Positions 39,303-48,472 of a stretch of 64,000 nucleotides of DNA are shown one piece after another. Source of the DNA: Nitrososphaerota archaeon (lineage in GTDB: Archaea > Thermoproteota > EX4484-205 > JAAOZP01). A program made the translations under genes and the position numbers. The DNA lies in contig JAAOZP010000017.1 of the NCBI GenBank assembly GCA_011605725.1, positions 160,001-224,000 of the forward strand, in the 5' to 3' direction. Every line of letters begins with the position of its first letter. Positions within the stretch are counted from its first letter, which is position 1. Below the pieces are notes generated by a model that had not been told where the DNA came from, searched no databases, and saw only the letters and a list, made by a program, of their open reading frames with translations.

Positions 39303-40546
39303 CTACACGCTGCCTCTGGCAACCCTTGCTGTGCAGTAGCCATTGAAAGCTATTTTGTAGACAAGTATGGAGACGGTTTTGTTCCCTATTCTTTCAACAC
39401 CCCCCATAGTTATCCTAAGCAGCTTGAATCTTGAAAGCACATCGTCAAGCTCCTTCTCCTTCCTCGGCCTGAGGGAGCTGAATGCTTTCACAAGTATTTC
39501 AACAGCCTCCTTCACGTTCTTCCTCTGGGCTTCAATAGGGTCCTCCCTTCCTTCGAAGAGGAAGGATAGGGCATCCATAGCTTCAACCGCACGCTTAAGG
39601 TTGAGACAGAGGCCTGCGAGAATAATCAGTCTAGAGGCTTCTTCAACGCTTACTGAAGCTATGTTTTTAACCAGCTCCCCCATAAGCTGGTTATGCTTGG
39701 AGTTCAGCATAGCTATATTGCTGGACTGACTGCTACCAAGCCCGTCAGTAACCAACCCTATCCCCATGAGTATCTCGTTAATCTGGTTGAAGTAGTTCTC
39801 ATAAGCCTCTCCAGTAGCTTCTTCAAAAATCTTGGATAGGGAAGGCAGAATAAGATCTGGCTTCTCCTCAAGGCTTCTCGAAGGCCCTCTTTGCAGGAAC
39901 GGGGCTCTAGTCAGGTATGGGCCTGGGGGCGGCTTATAGTCTAGGCAGCATCCTCCAACGTACTCGAGAAGAGTGCATCCGTTCCTGGGGCATACTCAGC
40001 CTTGCGGAGCAAGTCTACTGCGCCCCAGAGAACCTTGTATAGAATGGATACTAGCTCCCTCTCCTCCGTCCTCTTTTCTCCAATGTTTACAGCTATCCTC
40101 CCGCCAGTTGTTACGAGGAACCTCAGGTTTCCGAAGAAAGTGTCAATAACCTCAATATTATCACCGTTAATCCGCTCAGGCTTCCACAGCAGGCTGATAA
40201 GAAGCCGGGAAGTATCGTAATCCAGGAATCTTGTTGGAAGTTTCTCGCAGCGCTCCTCAAAGTAGTTGGGGTGCGCATACTTAGTCTTGAACCCTGGGAC
40301 TGTAATTATTGAAGGAGAGGAGTGAACGACTCCCTTCCTAAGCATCTCCTCTATCCTACTTCTGTTTTCAGAGTATCCTTCGCGCTGCAGTATTGGGCAG
40401 TCTGTTAAACTGTTGACTCCAAGCAGGAGCCTACGCGCAAACGTGGCGCATGTAGCATTGCCGCAAAGCCCACAGTCGTAGCCCGGCATCATTCTTCTAA
40501 ATCCCGCGAAACCGTACGCAGCCATCTGCTTATTCTCTTTAGACAC
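39303..40546 (-). CDS. Fe-S binding protein, split gene: join(40546..40015, 39994..39303), 407 aa if spliced
   Basis: N-terminal DCGLCGNATC..DCP Fe-S domain; the second frame is open 76 codons upstream of its first start codon; removing 39995-40014 gives ...LWGAVVCPRNGCTLLEYVGGCC... Confidence 0.75.
39995..40014 (-). other. Candidate 20-nt bulge-helix-bulge (endonuclease-type) mRNA intron
   Basis: Minus strand GUUC(U)CUGGGGCG-CAGU-AG^A-CUUGC-UCC-GCAAG-GCUG-AG^UA-UGCCCCAG-GAAC: outer stem, 4-bp central helix, two bulges, intron hairpin; excision restores the frame. Confidence 0.78.
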
Positions 40547-40575
40547 TGATTAAATAGTCTTTCCCCTTGATCCGT

Positions 40576-41751
40576 CTAAGCCTCTTTGGAAGCCTGTTTT
40601 TCAACTGTTTTCCCAACGTATGCCTCTCTTACTTCAGCGATTCTTTCCCCAACGATCCTAGCCTCCTCAACAGTGTTGAAAACCGTTGGGGATAGTCTCA
40701 GAACCTCCCTTCCACCCGTCTTACTGAGGATCAGCGGGCTGTCGAAGCTGCCGGATTCGGCGAGAATATGAAACTGGTCTTCCAGAATAGTTTGAAGAAG
40801 GCTTGAAGGAACCTGTTCGAGAATCAGCGAGAGTATCCCTGTCCTAAGCTCCTTTAAAGCAGCCTGGTAAAAAGTTATCCCCTCCCCCGCTGCAGTATTC
40901 ACAATTTCTTCAGCAAGGCTTTTCTCATGGCTTAAAATTTCTTCGAGGCCAAGCCTGTTAAGATACTCTAAGGCAGCTGCCAACGCTACGACGCCGATGC
41001 AGTTTTCCTTCTCAGCCTGTTTCACGGCGAAAAAGGCCTGGGTCTTCTCCACCCTGCTACGCCTCTCCTCTGAAACATAAAGTATGCTTAGCCCCTCTAT
41101 GCTGAACATGTTCCCAGACTTGAAAAAGGCATAGTCGACACCAATCATAGGAGGATTAAGCCGGATTCTTTGCGCAGAGTAAGTAGCATCCAGAATGGTT
41201 AGCACACCCTTCTCCTTTAAAACCGGTATTATCTTGTCTATCTGAAGCATTGTTCCAGTTGCTCCAGAAACATGAGTCAACAGGGCTGCTTTAACACTCT
41301 TCCCTGCTAACGCTCCCTTAAGCCTTTCTTCAAAACCTTCTTCCTCGAGATCCAGAACCTCAAGCCTCCCTCTCATTGTTTCAACATACTCCTTAAGGAG
41401 GTTTAAAAACCCGCCTTGAGCATTTGAAGAGACTAGGAAAACCTCGTTTTTCTTGAAATCCATGCTTTGAAGAATCAGCAGGAGGCTTTGCAGGATGCTG
41501 GAAGTGAAGATTATACTTTCCTCCCCCACTCCGAAATGCTTGAAAATCCTTCCACGAGCCTCCTCGTAGATTTCAAGAGCCCTGTGGGAAGAAGTATTCT
41601 CAAGCCCGGGTCTACTCTTAACCTCATTGTAGTAAGCAATTATTTTCTCTAAAACCGGGATAGGTATTCCTGTGGAGTCAGCATTATTCATAAAAATATA
41701 CTCTCCAGCAATACTCGGAAAATCCTCCCTTACCTTCTGAGGATCCAACAT
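40576..41751 (-). CDS. SufS/class V aminotransferase-fold protein lacking catalytic residues
   Basis: VREDFP, THVSG.TG, LDAT, RLSP.VFNT retained; SGHK replaced by KSGN and GHHC replaced by GSFD. Confidence 0.8.
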   Translation of the reverse strand: MLDPQKVREDFPSIAGEYIFMNNADSTGIPIPVLEKIIAYYNEVKSRPGLENTSSHRALEIYEEARGRIFKHFGVGEESIIFTSSILQSLLLILQSMDFKKNEVFLVSSNAQGGFLNLLKEYVETMRGRLEVLDLEEEGFEERLKGALAGKSVKAALLTHVSGATGTMLQIDKIIPVLKEKGVLTILDATYSAQRIRLNPPMIGVDYAFFKSGNMFSIEGLSILYVSEERRSRVEKTQAFFAVKQAEKENCIGVVALAAALEYLNRLGLEEILSHEKSLAEEIVNTAAGEGITFYQAALKELRTGILSLILEQVPSSLLQTILEDQFHILAESGSFDSPLILSKTGGREVLRLSPTVFNTVEEARIVGERIAEVREAYVGKTVEKQASKEA

Positions 41752-41985
41752 ACGGCTTTTAACACTCAGCTAGTCTGGTTAAAGCATCTTTTAAAGCTTA
41801 CAGCGGGCCTTGGGAAGCGTGGGGAAAGCAAACCATCCGTGCTTGAAGAAGTGGACAGACTTTTCGCAACCAGGCTGCTAACTATTAAAAAGCCAGGAGG
41901 GATTCACGGAATCAGGAAACAGCTTGCTGTCAAGCGGCTGCTGCGTTAAGCTTATAATATTTCTCTCCGGGATTCAGAAGGACCG

Positions 41986-42909
41986 TTGAGCCGGGAGCAT
42001 ACGGGAGAACATGTGTTAATGGGCTGTTTGCAAAGAATCAAGGGAAGCTTAAGGGTGAGGAAGGTTGAGTTTTCAGAGGGCGCTGGTTCAGTAATCGTTG
42101 AAGTCGACTCGCTGAGTTTCAATGAGCTTGCTGAAGCTCAGGTTATGGCGAACAGGGTGATCGCTGAAGGGAAAAACGTTAAGGAGCATTTCTTCGATTC
42201 GCTTGAAGATGCTCAGAAGGCTTTTCCAAGCCTCCGGGCACACGAGGAACGCATCAAGGGCCGTGTGCGAGTTGTCGAGATAGATGGGTTCGATTATTCA
42301 GCATGCACTGGCGAGCATGTTCGTAACACTAGAGAATGCGGAATGATTCTGGTTACACATGTTTCTAAAAGCGGTGGCGAGTATAGACTGGATTTCGAAA
42401 TCGGCGAGAAAGCCCTTGAGACTGCTGTGAGACTCAGCACCCTCTGCCTATCCGTCTCCTCAATACTTGGCTCACCGATTAAAAACCTTGAGAAGACGGT
42501 TCTGAACATGAGGATGGAGAACGAGGATATTCGAAAAAGGCTTTCAGCAACAACTGAGCAACTGGTCTGCAACACTCTTTCAAAAACTGTTCTGGGCGAG
42601 GTTGAGTTTCACAAGGGCCTGTTGAAAGGCGTGGACTTAAGGACAGTTATGAAGACTGTTGGCGAACTCATTGACAGAAGCCGATCCGTCTACGTTATAG
42701 GTGTTGAATGGCCCGGGGCGTGCAGCATTCTCGTAGGCAGCAGCGATGAAAGGGTTAAGGCAGCTGAACTGATCAGAGAAGTCTGCAAGGCTTTCAACGG
42801 CAAGGGGGGTGGAGACGAGAAGATAGCAGTAGGCTCACTTCCATGCGACACTTACCCTAGGGCTTTTGAAGAGGCGGAGGAAAAAGTTTTAAGGCTTTTA
42901 AGCAGCTAG
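41986..42909 (+). CDS. AlaX-like aminoacyl-tRNA editing domain with C-terminal DHHA1 domain
   Basis: EHTGEH and CTGEH zinc motifs, GKGGG near C-terminus. Confidence 0.85.
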   Translation: MSREHTGEHVLMGCLQRIKGSLRVRKVEFSEGAGSVIVEVDSLSFNELAEAQVMANRVIAEGKNVKEHFFDSLEDAQKAFPSLRAHEERIKGRVRVVEIDGFDYSACTGEHVRNTRECGMILVTHVSKSGGEYRLDFEIGEKALETAVRLSTLCLSVSSILGSPIKNLEKTVLNMRMENEDIRKRLSATTEQLVCNTLSKTVLGEVEFHKGLLKGVDLRTVMKTVGELIDRSRSVYVIGVEWPGACSILVGSSDERVKAAELIREVCKAFNGKGGGDEKIAVGSLPCDTYPRAFEEAEEKVLRLLSS

Positions 42910-42947
42910 ACTGCTTACCCCTAATTACCCGCATCCTCACCTAGAGC

Positions 42948-44102
42948 CTACTTCACAACCACCCTTGAAGAAAGCCCAATGCTCCTGCTGACTACGGAAT
43001 CCAGGTCAATCTGTCTTTCAAGCTTCTCTACAATTTCCAGCTTAGCTCTAGTCTCAGGATGTCTAGCAATAATGCTGCAACAATCCTTATACGGCTTTAT
43101 TGAAAGCTCGTACGTGCCTATTTTCTTAGCAACGTTTACAATCTCCTCCTTGTCGAAGGCTATGAGCGGTCTGAAAACAGGTATTCTAAGACCCCTGCTA
43201 GCTGCAACAATGTTTTCAAGCGTTTGAGACGCTACTTGAGCAAGGCTTTCACCGGTAACAAGGGCTTTAGCGCCTTCAGCCTCAGCAATCCTCTCCGCAA
43301 CCTTAAACATGAACCTCCTGAAGAGGATTAAGTCATACTTAGCAGGAACGTTAACCGTCGCTATTTGAAACTCGTAAGAAGGTGTGAAGGTTACCGTGGT
43401 TTCGCCGGAGTAGGGCAGCAGTTTCCTAACTATCTCCATTATCTTAGAGTTCTCCGCCTCAGCATTATCGTGGAAAGGATGGAAATGCAGATAGCTGACT
43501 CTGCAACCCCTTTTCATCATCAAGTATGAGGCGATTGGAGAATCTATTCCTCCGGAAAGAAGCGAGAGAACTCTGCCTGAAGACCCGACGGGAAGCCCCC
43601 CTAAACCTCTTTTCTTCTCGGTGAACACGTATGCCTCCTTGCTTAAGACTTCAACATATATTTTCTTAGAAGGGTTTTTGAGGGAAACACTCACTCCGAG
43701 TTTCTCGACAAGCATTCTCCCCAGAATCCTGCTTAGCTCGAGAGAGGTTGCTGGAAAACTCTTGTCAGCCCTCTTAACCTCAACCTTAATCGGCTCACCC
43801 GGCTTAACAACCTGTGAAGCTTCCTCAACCACAGTTCTCCCTATTGATTCAACATTTGGCTCAGCAATGGTTGCGAAAGTAAACCATGATATTCCGAAAA
43901 CCTTCATGAGGCCTTCCTCAACCCTCTGGAGGTCAGCTCCGTTCAACGGTAAAACCAGCCTACCCTGAATCCTTCTAACCTTTGAGTCAACTATGCCGCT
44001 TAATAGGCGCCTAACGTTCTCGGCAAGCATTTTCTCGAAGAAAGGCCTGTTTCGACCTTTCAAACCTATTTCAGAGTAGTGGATTACGCAGACCCTTCCC
44101 AT
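42948..44102 (-). CDS. thiI: tRNA 4-thiouridine synthase (THUMP + PP-loop, no rhodanese domain)
   Basis: YSEIGLKG.NR, GGLPVG, LLSGGIDSP, GESLAQVASQT, DCC. Confidence 0.93.
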   Translation of the reverse strand: MGRVCVIHYSEIGLKGRNRPFFEKMLAENVRRLLSGIVDSKVRRIQGRLVLPLNGADLQRVEEGLMKVFGISWFTFATIAEPNVESIGRTVVEEASQVVKPGEPIKVEVKRADKSFPATSLELSRILGRMLVEKLGVSVSLKNPSKKIYVEVLSKEAYVFTEKKRGLGGLPVGSSGRVLSLLSGGIDSPIASYLMMKRGCRVSYLHFHPFHDNAEAENSKIMEIVRKLLPYSGETTVTFTPSYEFQIATVNVPAKYDLILFRRFMFKVAERIAEAEGAKALVTGESLAQVASQTLENIVAASRGLRIPVFRPLIAFDKEEIVNVAKKIGTYELSIKPYKDCCSIIARHPETRAKLEIVEKLERQIDLDSVVSRSIGLSSRVVVK

Positions 44103-44175
44103 CTGTTTGCGAAACGATTCTCCAGATTTAAGGATTGCAACCTACACCTGCCTACAGCATGGGAATCATGATGAT

Positions 44176-44406
44176 CTAGTCGCAGAGCAGTGTCATCGTC
44201 CTTAAAACACCCTTGACACGCCTTATCTCCGACACTACTTTGTCAAGCTGCTTAATATCGTTAACCTCTATCCTAACTATAAGGTCGTATTCACCGTAAA
44301 CAGTGTCTACATCCGTCACGTTAGCCATGCTTCTTATGGTTTCCTCAACATTCCTCTCTAAACCTACTTCGCAAACTATCAGCAGATACGCCTTAAGCAT
44401 CACCAC
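44176..44406 (-). CDS. Stand-alone Lrp/AsnC ligand-binding domain protein
   Basis: VYGEYDLIVRI..IRRVKGVLRT. Confidence 0.85.
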   Translation of the reverse strand: MVMLKAYLLIVCEVGLERNVEETIRSMANVTDVDTVYGEYDLIVRIEVNDIKQLDKVVSEIRRVKGVLRTMTLLCD

Positions 44407-44489
44407 CTATTTAATGAAACTGTTTTTAAAGTTTAAGCCGTGTAAACATAAAACATATATAACTGTGCTTAGGGGAGAACCGCAAAATA

Positions 44490-44675
44490 ATGATCAGGGC
44501 TCAACTCGACCTGTCGGTTTTCTTCCTCTTCTACATGATTGCAATATTCCTAAGTTTCCTTGCTTTTCTGATAAGCGCATTCCTGAGACATAGGAGGGAA
44601 ACTAGAAGGCTCAGGGAGAAGTTTAAAAGACTCAGGGAGAAGCCTGAGCAACCATGGTTTGAGGAAACAGACTAG
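44490..44675 (+). CDS. Small single-TM membrane protein
   Basis: Hydrophobic N-terminus then basic stretch; upstream TATA-like AT tract. Confidence 0.55.
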   Translation: MIRAQLDLSVFFLFYMIAIFLSFLAFLISAFLRHRRETRRLREKFKRLREKPEQPWFEETD

Positions 44676-45058
44676 AACTTGTTTAAATCCACAGGGACAA
44701 GCATCAGGTTAAGCTCAAAAGGCTTCTCGCTAAGCCTCAGCCCCATTATCTTCAGATTTTTCCCATCCCAGCTAAGTCTGAAGCCCTCGATTCTACAGGG
44801 AAGCTCCTCTGTTACGCTTAGAACACCTGGCCCACTGTCTTCTAAAACGAGCATTTTAACCGTCGCCTCGCCTTTAAGCGTTGAAATGGAAAGCCTGAAA
44901 CCTTCCCGGGTCTTCTTCAAGCCTATTTTCAAAACGTTACCTGGGATACTTACCTCAACATAACCCGGCTCCAGGTTTTTCAGGAGAAGCACATTCTCCT
45001 CCTCCAAGTAGACGCAGCTAAGCCTGTTCAAGACTCTTTTAGAAAAAAGGATGTGCAA
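44672..45058 (-). CDS. Hypothetical protein
   Basis: 128-aa ORF filling the gap, protein-like composition. Confidence 0.6.
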   Translation of the reverse strand: MHILFSKRVLNRLSCVYLEEENVLLLKNLEPGYVEVSIPGNVLKIGLKKTREGFRLSISTLKGEATVKMLVLEDSGPGVLSVTEELPCRIEGFRLSWDGKNLKIMGLRLSEKPFELNLMLVPVDLNKF

Positions 45059-45093
45059 GATAAGCGTTTATAGAGGGGGTTCTTATTCATCCC

Positions 45094-46383
45094 ATGCAAA
45101 CTGTCTGGGAGAAAGTGGTTGAAGAGCTTCAGCTGAGAAGAATATCCGACTGCTTGTTCATTCCAAGGTATGATGGCTTCTCCCTTCCAAACCTTTCAAA
45201 CAGCCTCATGAAACTTATGGGTGTTAAACCATCCGGGAGAACGCTTAGAAACGACGTCTTAACAGGCTTCAAAAACCCGGGTAAGATTGCTCTAGTAGTC
45301 ATGGATGCCATGGGACTTAACATGTTTGAAAAGGCTTCTGACACGCTTAAACATTTTCTAAACAGCTTTTTTACGAGGAGAGGAATACCCGTTAACGCTT
45401 TAACATCCGTCTTTCCAACGACGACGTCGGCTGCGTTGACAAGCCTCAACACTGGGTTAAGCCCTCAGGAGCACGGCGTCGTTGCTTACACGCTCTTCAT
45501 GAAGGAACTGGGCTCAATGGTTAACATGATTTCCCTAAGCCCTGTCAACGATGAAAGGAGGAACAGGGTTTTCGAACTTGGCATGGATGCTGGTAAAATA
45601 CTTGGCGTAAAGGTTCTGACAGAGAAGCTTGCTGAAGCAGGTGTTGAACCTAAAACCATAATCAGGTACGGTATCCGTAACAGTGGTCTTTCAACACTGC
45701 TCTATAAGGGTTCAGGAATAACACCTGCGTTAACCAGCGTGGATTTCGCGATAAACCTTGTTAAACAAGTTAACGAGAGGCGCACAGGCTTCATAATAGC
45801 TTACTGGGATAGTTTCGACGGACAGTCTCATTACTACGGGCCTTTCAGCACTGAGGCTGAACTCGAGCTGCTAAACACTTTCAGTGTTCTCAGGGAAGCC
45901 CTTAAAAGGGTTAAGCCTGAAGCCGCTAGGGAAACACTCCTCATAGTGACTTCCGACCATGGTCAGTCAAGGGTTAGAGACGATAAGTCAATCAGGCTCG
46001 ACAGTTTAAACTGGCTTAAGGATTCTCTCGTAATGCCTCCAGCCGGCGAGTCTAGAGCAGCCTACCTGTATCTTAAGAAGAATGTTGAAGGGTTTGAGAA
46101 AACGTTTCTCAGGAGGATTGGCGGAAACATCTCCCTGTTTAAATCGAGAAAGCTGCTGGAGAAAGGGGTTTTCGGAACAGGCGAGGTTAAGCCCTGCGTG
46201 GTGGACAGGATTGGAGACTATGCTGCGCTTTCTAAGGATGATAGCAGACTCGTTTTCCACTATGATTTGAAGGAAAGAATGGAGCCGGAGTTCGTAAGGG
46301 CGGGGGCACACGGTTCGCTGACGCTGGATGAGCTTTTAGTACCGTTCGTCGCATGCAGGCTTTCAAGCCTTTTAGAGCATTAG
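45094..46383 (+). CDS. Alkaline phosphatase superfamily (nucleotide pyrophosphatase/phosphodiesterase-like) protein
   Basis: VMDAMG, SVFPTTT, D..SH.YGP, TSDHG, HGSL. Confidence 0.88.
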   Translation: MQTVWEKVVEELQLRRISDCLFIPRYDGFSLPNLSNSLMKLMGVKPSGRTLRNDVLTGFKNPGKIALVVMDAMGLNMFEKASDTLKHFLNSFFTRRGIPVNALTSVFPTTTSAALTSLNTGLSPQEHGVVAYTLFMKELGSMVNMISLSPVNDERRNRVFELGMDAGKILGVKVLTEKLAEAGVEPKTIIRYGIRNSGLSTLLYKGSGITPALTSVDFAINLVKQVNERRTGFIIAYWDSFDGQSHYYGPFSTEAELELLNTFSVLREALKRVKPEAARETLLIVTSDHGQSRVRDDKSIRLDSLNWLKDSLVMPPAGESRAAYLYLKKNVEGFEKTFLRRIGGNISLFKSRKLLEKGVFGTGEVKPCVVDRIGDYAALSKDDSRLVFHYDLKERMEPEFVRAGAHGSLTLDELLVPFVACRLSSLLEH

Positions 46384-46506
46384 AAACATCCTTCTAGCTG
46401 TGGAACAGGCTGAAGAACATTTGAAAAGATTACAAAACACGCTGGCTGGTTTAGAGGTTTGATCCACCGGTTTTCAACAGTTAAGAAGGTTTATTAAATG
46501 TGCTCC

Positions 46507-46920
46507 TTAATACCTCCTCCTTGGACCACGGTTAAACCTTCTCGCGCCGTAGTAGCTCCCTGAAACCTCTTTCTCAGACATGTTGTTTGAAGTGTCAACG
46601 CTTTCTATCTGAGCATCACTCTTCTCTATGGAACCATACTTGCCCACGTTCAGCCTTAGAGTTCTCTGGTAAACCGTTACATAGCCGTTTTTAATCATTA
46701 TAACATCCTCCGGCTTAACCAAATCGATATTCTCATTCCAGAGTGTAAGCAGTATTGTTCCTGTTTCGTCGCCGATTTTTGCTTCTGCAACCCTGTTCGT
46801 AGAGCCTCCGTACCTAGATGCTACTTCCCTCGTTTCAGAGAGGGAGAGCACCTTGGCGAGAAGGTTTACGTGTTTAGAGTCGGTGTTAAGGTCTTTAACC
46901 TTAACAAGCTGCTCCGCCAC
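46507..46920 (-). CDS. ssb: Single-stranded DNA-binding protein (single OB fold)
   Basis: KVKDL, IGDETGTI.LTLW, LRLNVGKYGSI, Arg/Gly-rich tail. Confidence 0.9.
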   Translation of the reverse strand: MAEQLVKVKDLNTDSKHVNLLAKVLSLSETREVASRYGGSTNRVAEAKIGDETGTILLTLWNENIDLVKPEDVIMIKNGYVTVYQRTLRLNVGKYGSIEKSDAQIESVDTSNNMSEKEVSGSYYGARRFNRGPRRRY

Positions 46921-47004
46921 TTCTTCTCATCTCCATGAACTTTTTATCAAGGCTGTATTTAACCTTTCCCCCGGAGAAAAGCTTATCTGAGTCGCACACT
47001 ATTA

Positions 47005-47247
47005 ATGAACATCATGGAGGCAATAATACTCGTAAAGGTTTCAAGCAGTTTCCAGGGTAATGTTGAGAAGGTTCTTCAAATAAAAGGGGTGAAAAAGGTT
47101 TACGAGCTGACGGGAGACATAGACCTGCTGGTTGAGGTTGAAACCCCGTCTGAAACAGATCTTAGGAGAATAGTTGACGAAATCCTTAGCGTCAAAGGCG
47201 TGGAGTCAACGGACACGCGCATAGTTCTATCACACATTGTCAAGTAG
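47005..47247 (+). CDS. Stand-alone Lrp/AsnC ligand-binding domain protein
   Basis: YELTGDIDLLVEV..ILSVKGVESTDT. Confidence 0.85.
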   Translation: MNIMEAIILVKVSSSFQGNVEKVLQIKGVKKVYELTGDIDLLVEVETPSETDLRRIVDEILSVKGVESTDTRIVLSHIVK

Positions 47248-47286
47248 GAAAAACATATATGCCGGTTTTCCGGGTGAGTCTCAGGA

Positions 47287-47538
47287 ATGCAGGCTTTCGT
47301 GCTTGCTAAGGTGGGCAAGGCTTTCAACAGGGATAAGGTTATGGAGGAGCTTCTCAGCATTGAGGAGGTTAGGGAGGTTATGGAGCTGACGGGAGACATA
47401 GACCTGCTGGTTAGGGTGGATGTGCTGGATGTTGAGAGGCTTATGAAGACGGTTTTAAAAATAAGGAGCGTAGAGTCGATCGTTACAACAGACACCCGCG
47501 TAGTGCTCTCGGTTGAGCGCGCAGCCGTCCCTCGTTAG
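47287..47538 (+). CDS. Stand-alone Lrp/AsnC ligand-binding domain protein (tandem paralog)
   Basis: MELTGDIDLLVRV..IRSVESIVTTDT. Confidence 0.85.
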   Translation: MQAFVLAKVGKAFNRDKVMEELLSIEEVREVMELTGDIDLLVRVDVLDVERLMKTVLKIRSVESIVTTDTRVVLSVERAAVPR

Positions 47539-47637
47539 CACGCGTTGAAAACAATGGAGAGACACGGCCTAGTTGCCGGATCGCACGTGAAGAACTTAGA
47601 TACTGGTGTTTACGGTTTTAAAGGTGGTGAAGCTTAA

Positions 47638-48330
47638 ATGATTGAAGCAGTACTACTGGACATGGATGGTACGCTTATAGAGTTCAACTATAACTATGTT
47701 TCGGCGAGAAGACTAATCATAGCTAAACTGGTAGAGATGGGTGTTGAAGAAAGCATTCTTTCAGAGTCTAAACCGGCCCCGGTAAACGTGGAGGATGCAG
47801 TCATGTTCATGCGGAGGAAAGGGTTTAGCGAGGAAGAGCTGAGGATTCTCAGGAGGAAGGCTTACGAGGTGGTGGAGCCGATGGAGCTTGAAGCCGCCAG
47901 CAACCCGGTTTTAAGGAAAGGGGTTTCCGACCTCCTGTCATGGCTTATGGATAACGGGGTGAAGACAGCCGTCTGCACGAACAACTGTAGCACAGCCTGT
48001 GAAATCGTTCTTCGCAAAACTCGTTTAAAAAGATTCTTCACACACGTGTTAACAAGGGATGATGTCGAGAGGCTTAAGCCTTTTCCAGACATTATTATTA
48101 AGGCTTGTGAGAAGCTATGTGTTCCGCCTGAGAAAACGGTTTACGTTGGAGACTCCCCGATAGACATTACAGCAGCCAGGAGCGCAAGGGTTAAGCCGAT
48201 AGGAATAGTTTCCAGTCTCTGCAACGCTGAGAAGCTTAAGAATGCTGGTGCAGAGCTTGTGGTTTCAAGCATGGACGAGCTTAAGGAACAGTTAAAAAGA
48301 ATCATCCGTGTAAGCCCTTTGGAAAGATAG
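47638..48330 (+). CDS. HAD-superfamily phosphatase
   Basis: DMDGTL, TNN, KP, VGDS..D. Confidence 0.9.
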   Translation: MIEAVLLDMDGTLIEFNYNYVSARRLIIAKLVEMGVEESILSESKPAPVNVEDAVMFMRRKGFSEEELRILRRKAYEVVEPMELEAASNPVLRKGVSDLLSWLMDNGVKTAVCTNNCSTACEIVLRKTRLKRFFTHVLTRDDVERLKPFPDIIIKACEKLCVPPEKTVYVGDSPIDITAARSARVKPIGIVSSLCNAEKLKNAGAELVVSSMDELKEQLKRIIRVSPLER

Positions 48331-48472
48331 GGGGTTCTAACAGTTTTGAGGGATGCTGGCATCAAGCGCATGCTACAGCCCCTAACCAGGCAGGACTGGA
48401 TGTTAGCGGCTCAGCTTAGCAGGATGTCGAATCTAGGTAAAAATATATATACTGATAAAACATGCGCTACGC

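Noticed and set aside
39996-39998. TGA at the start of the second frame as selenocysteine/readthrough
   Set aside because: That frame upstream of the TGA is not protein-like and the Fe-S domain is in another frame; the TGA falls inside the predicted intron.
39990-40020. Programmed -1 ribosomal frameshift
   Set aside because: No X-XXY-YYZ slippery heptamer at the junction; the BHB geometry explains the shift exactly.
18574-41925. Shared 12-mer AGGAAACAGCTT at 18574 and 41914
   Set aside because: One 12-mer match among intergenic DNA is expected by chance, and the second copy lacks the palindromic half.
39240-44128. 16/17-nt match between 39240-39256 and the thiI upstream region 44112-44128
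   Set aside because: Too short to separate from chance without genome-wide statistics.
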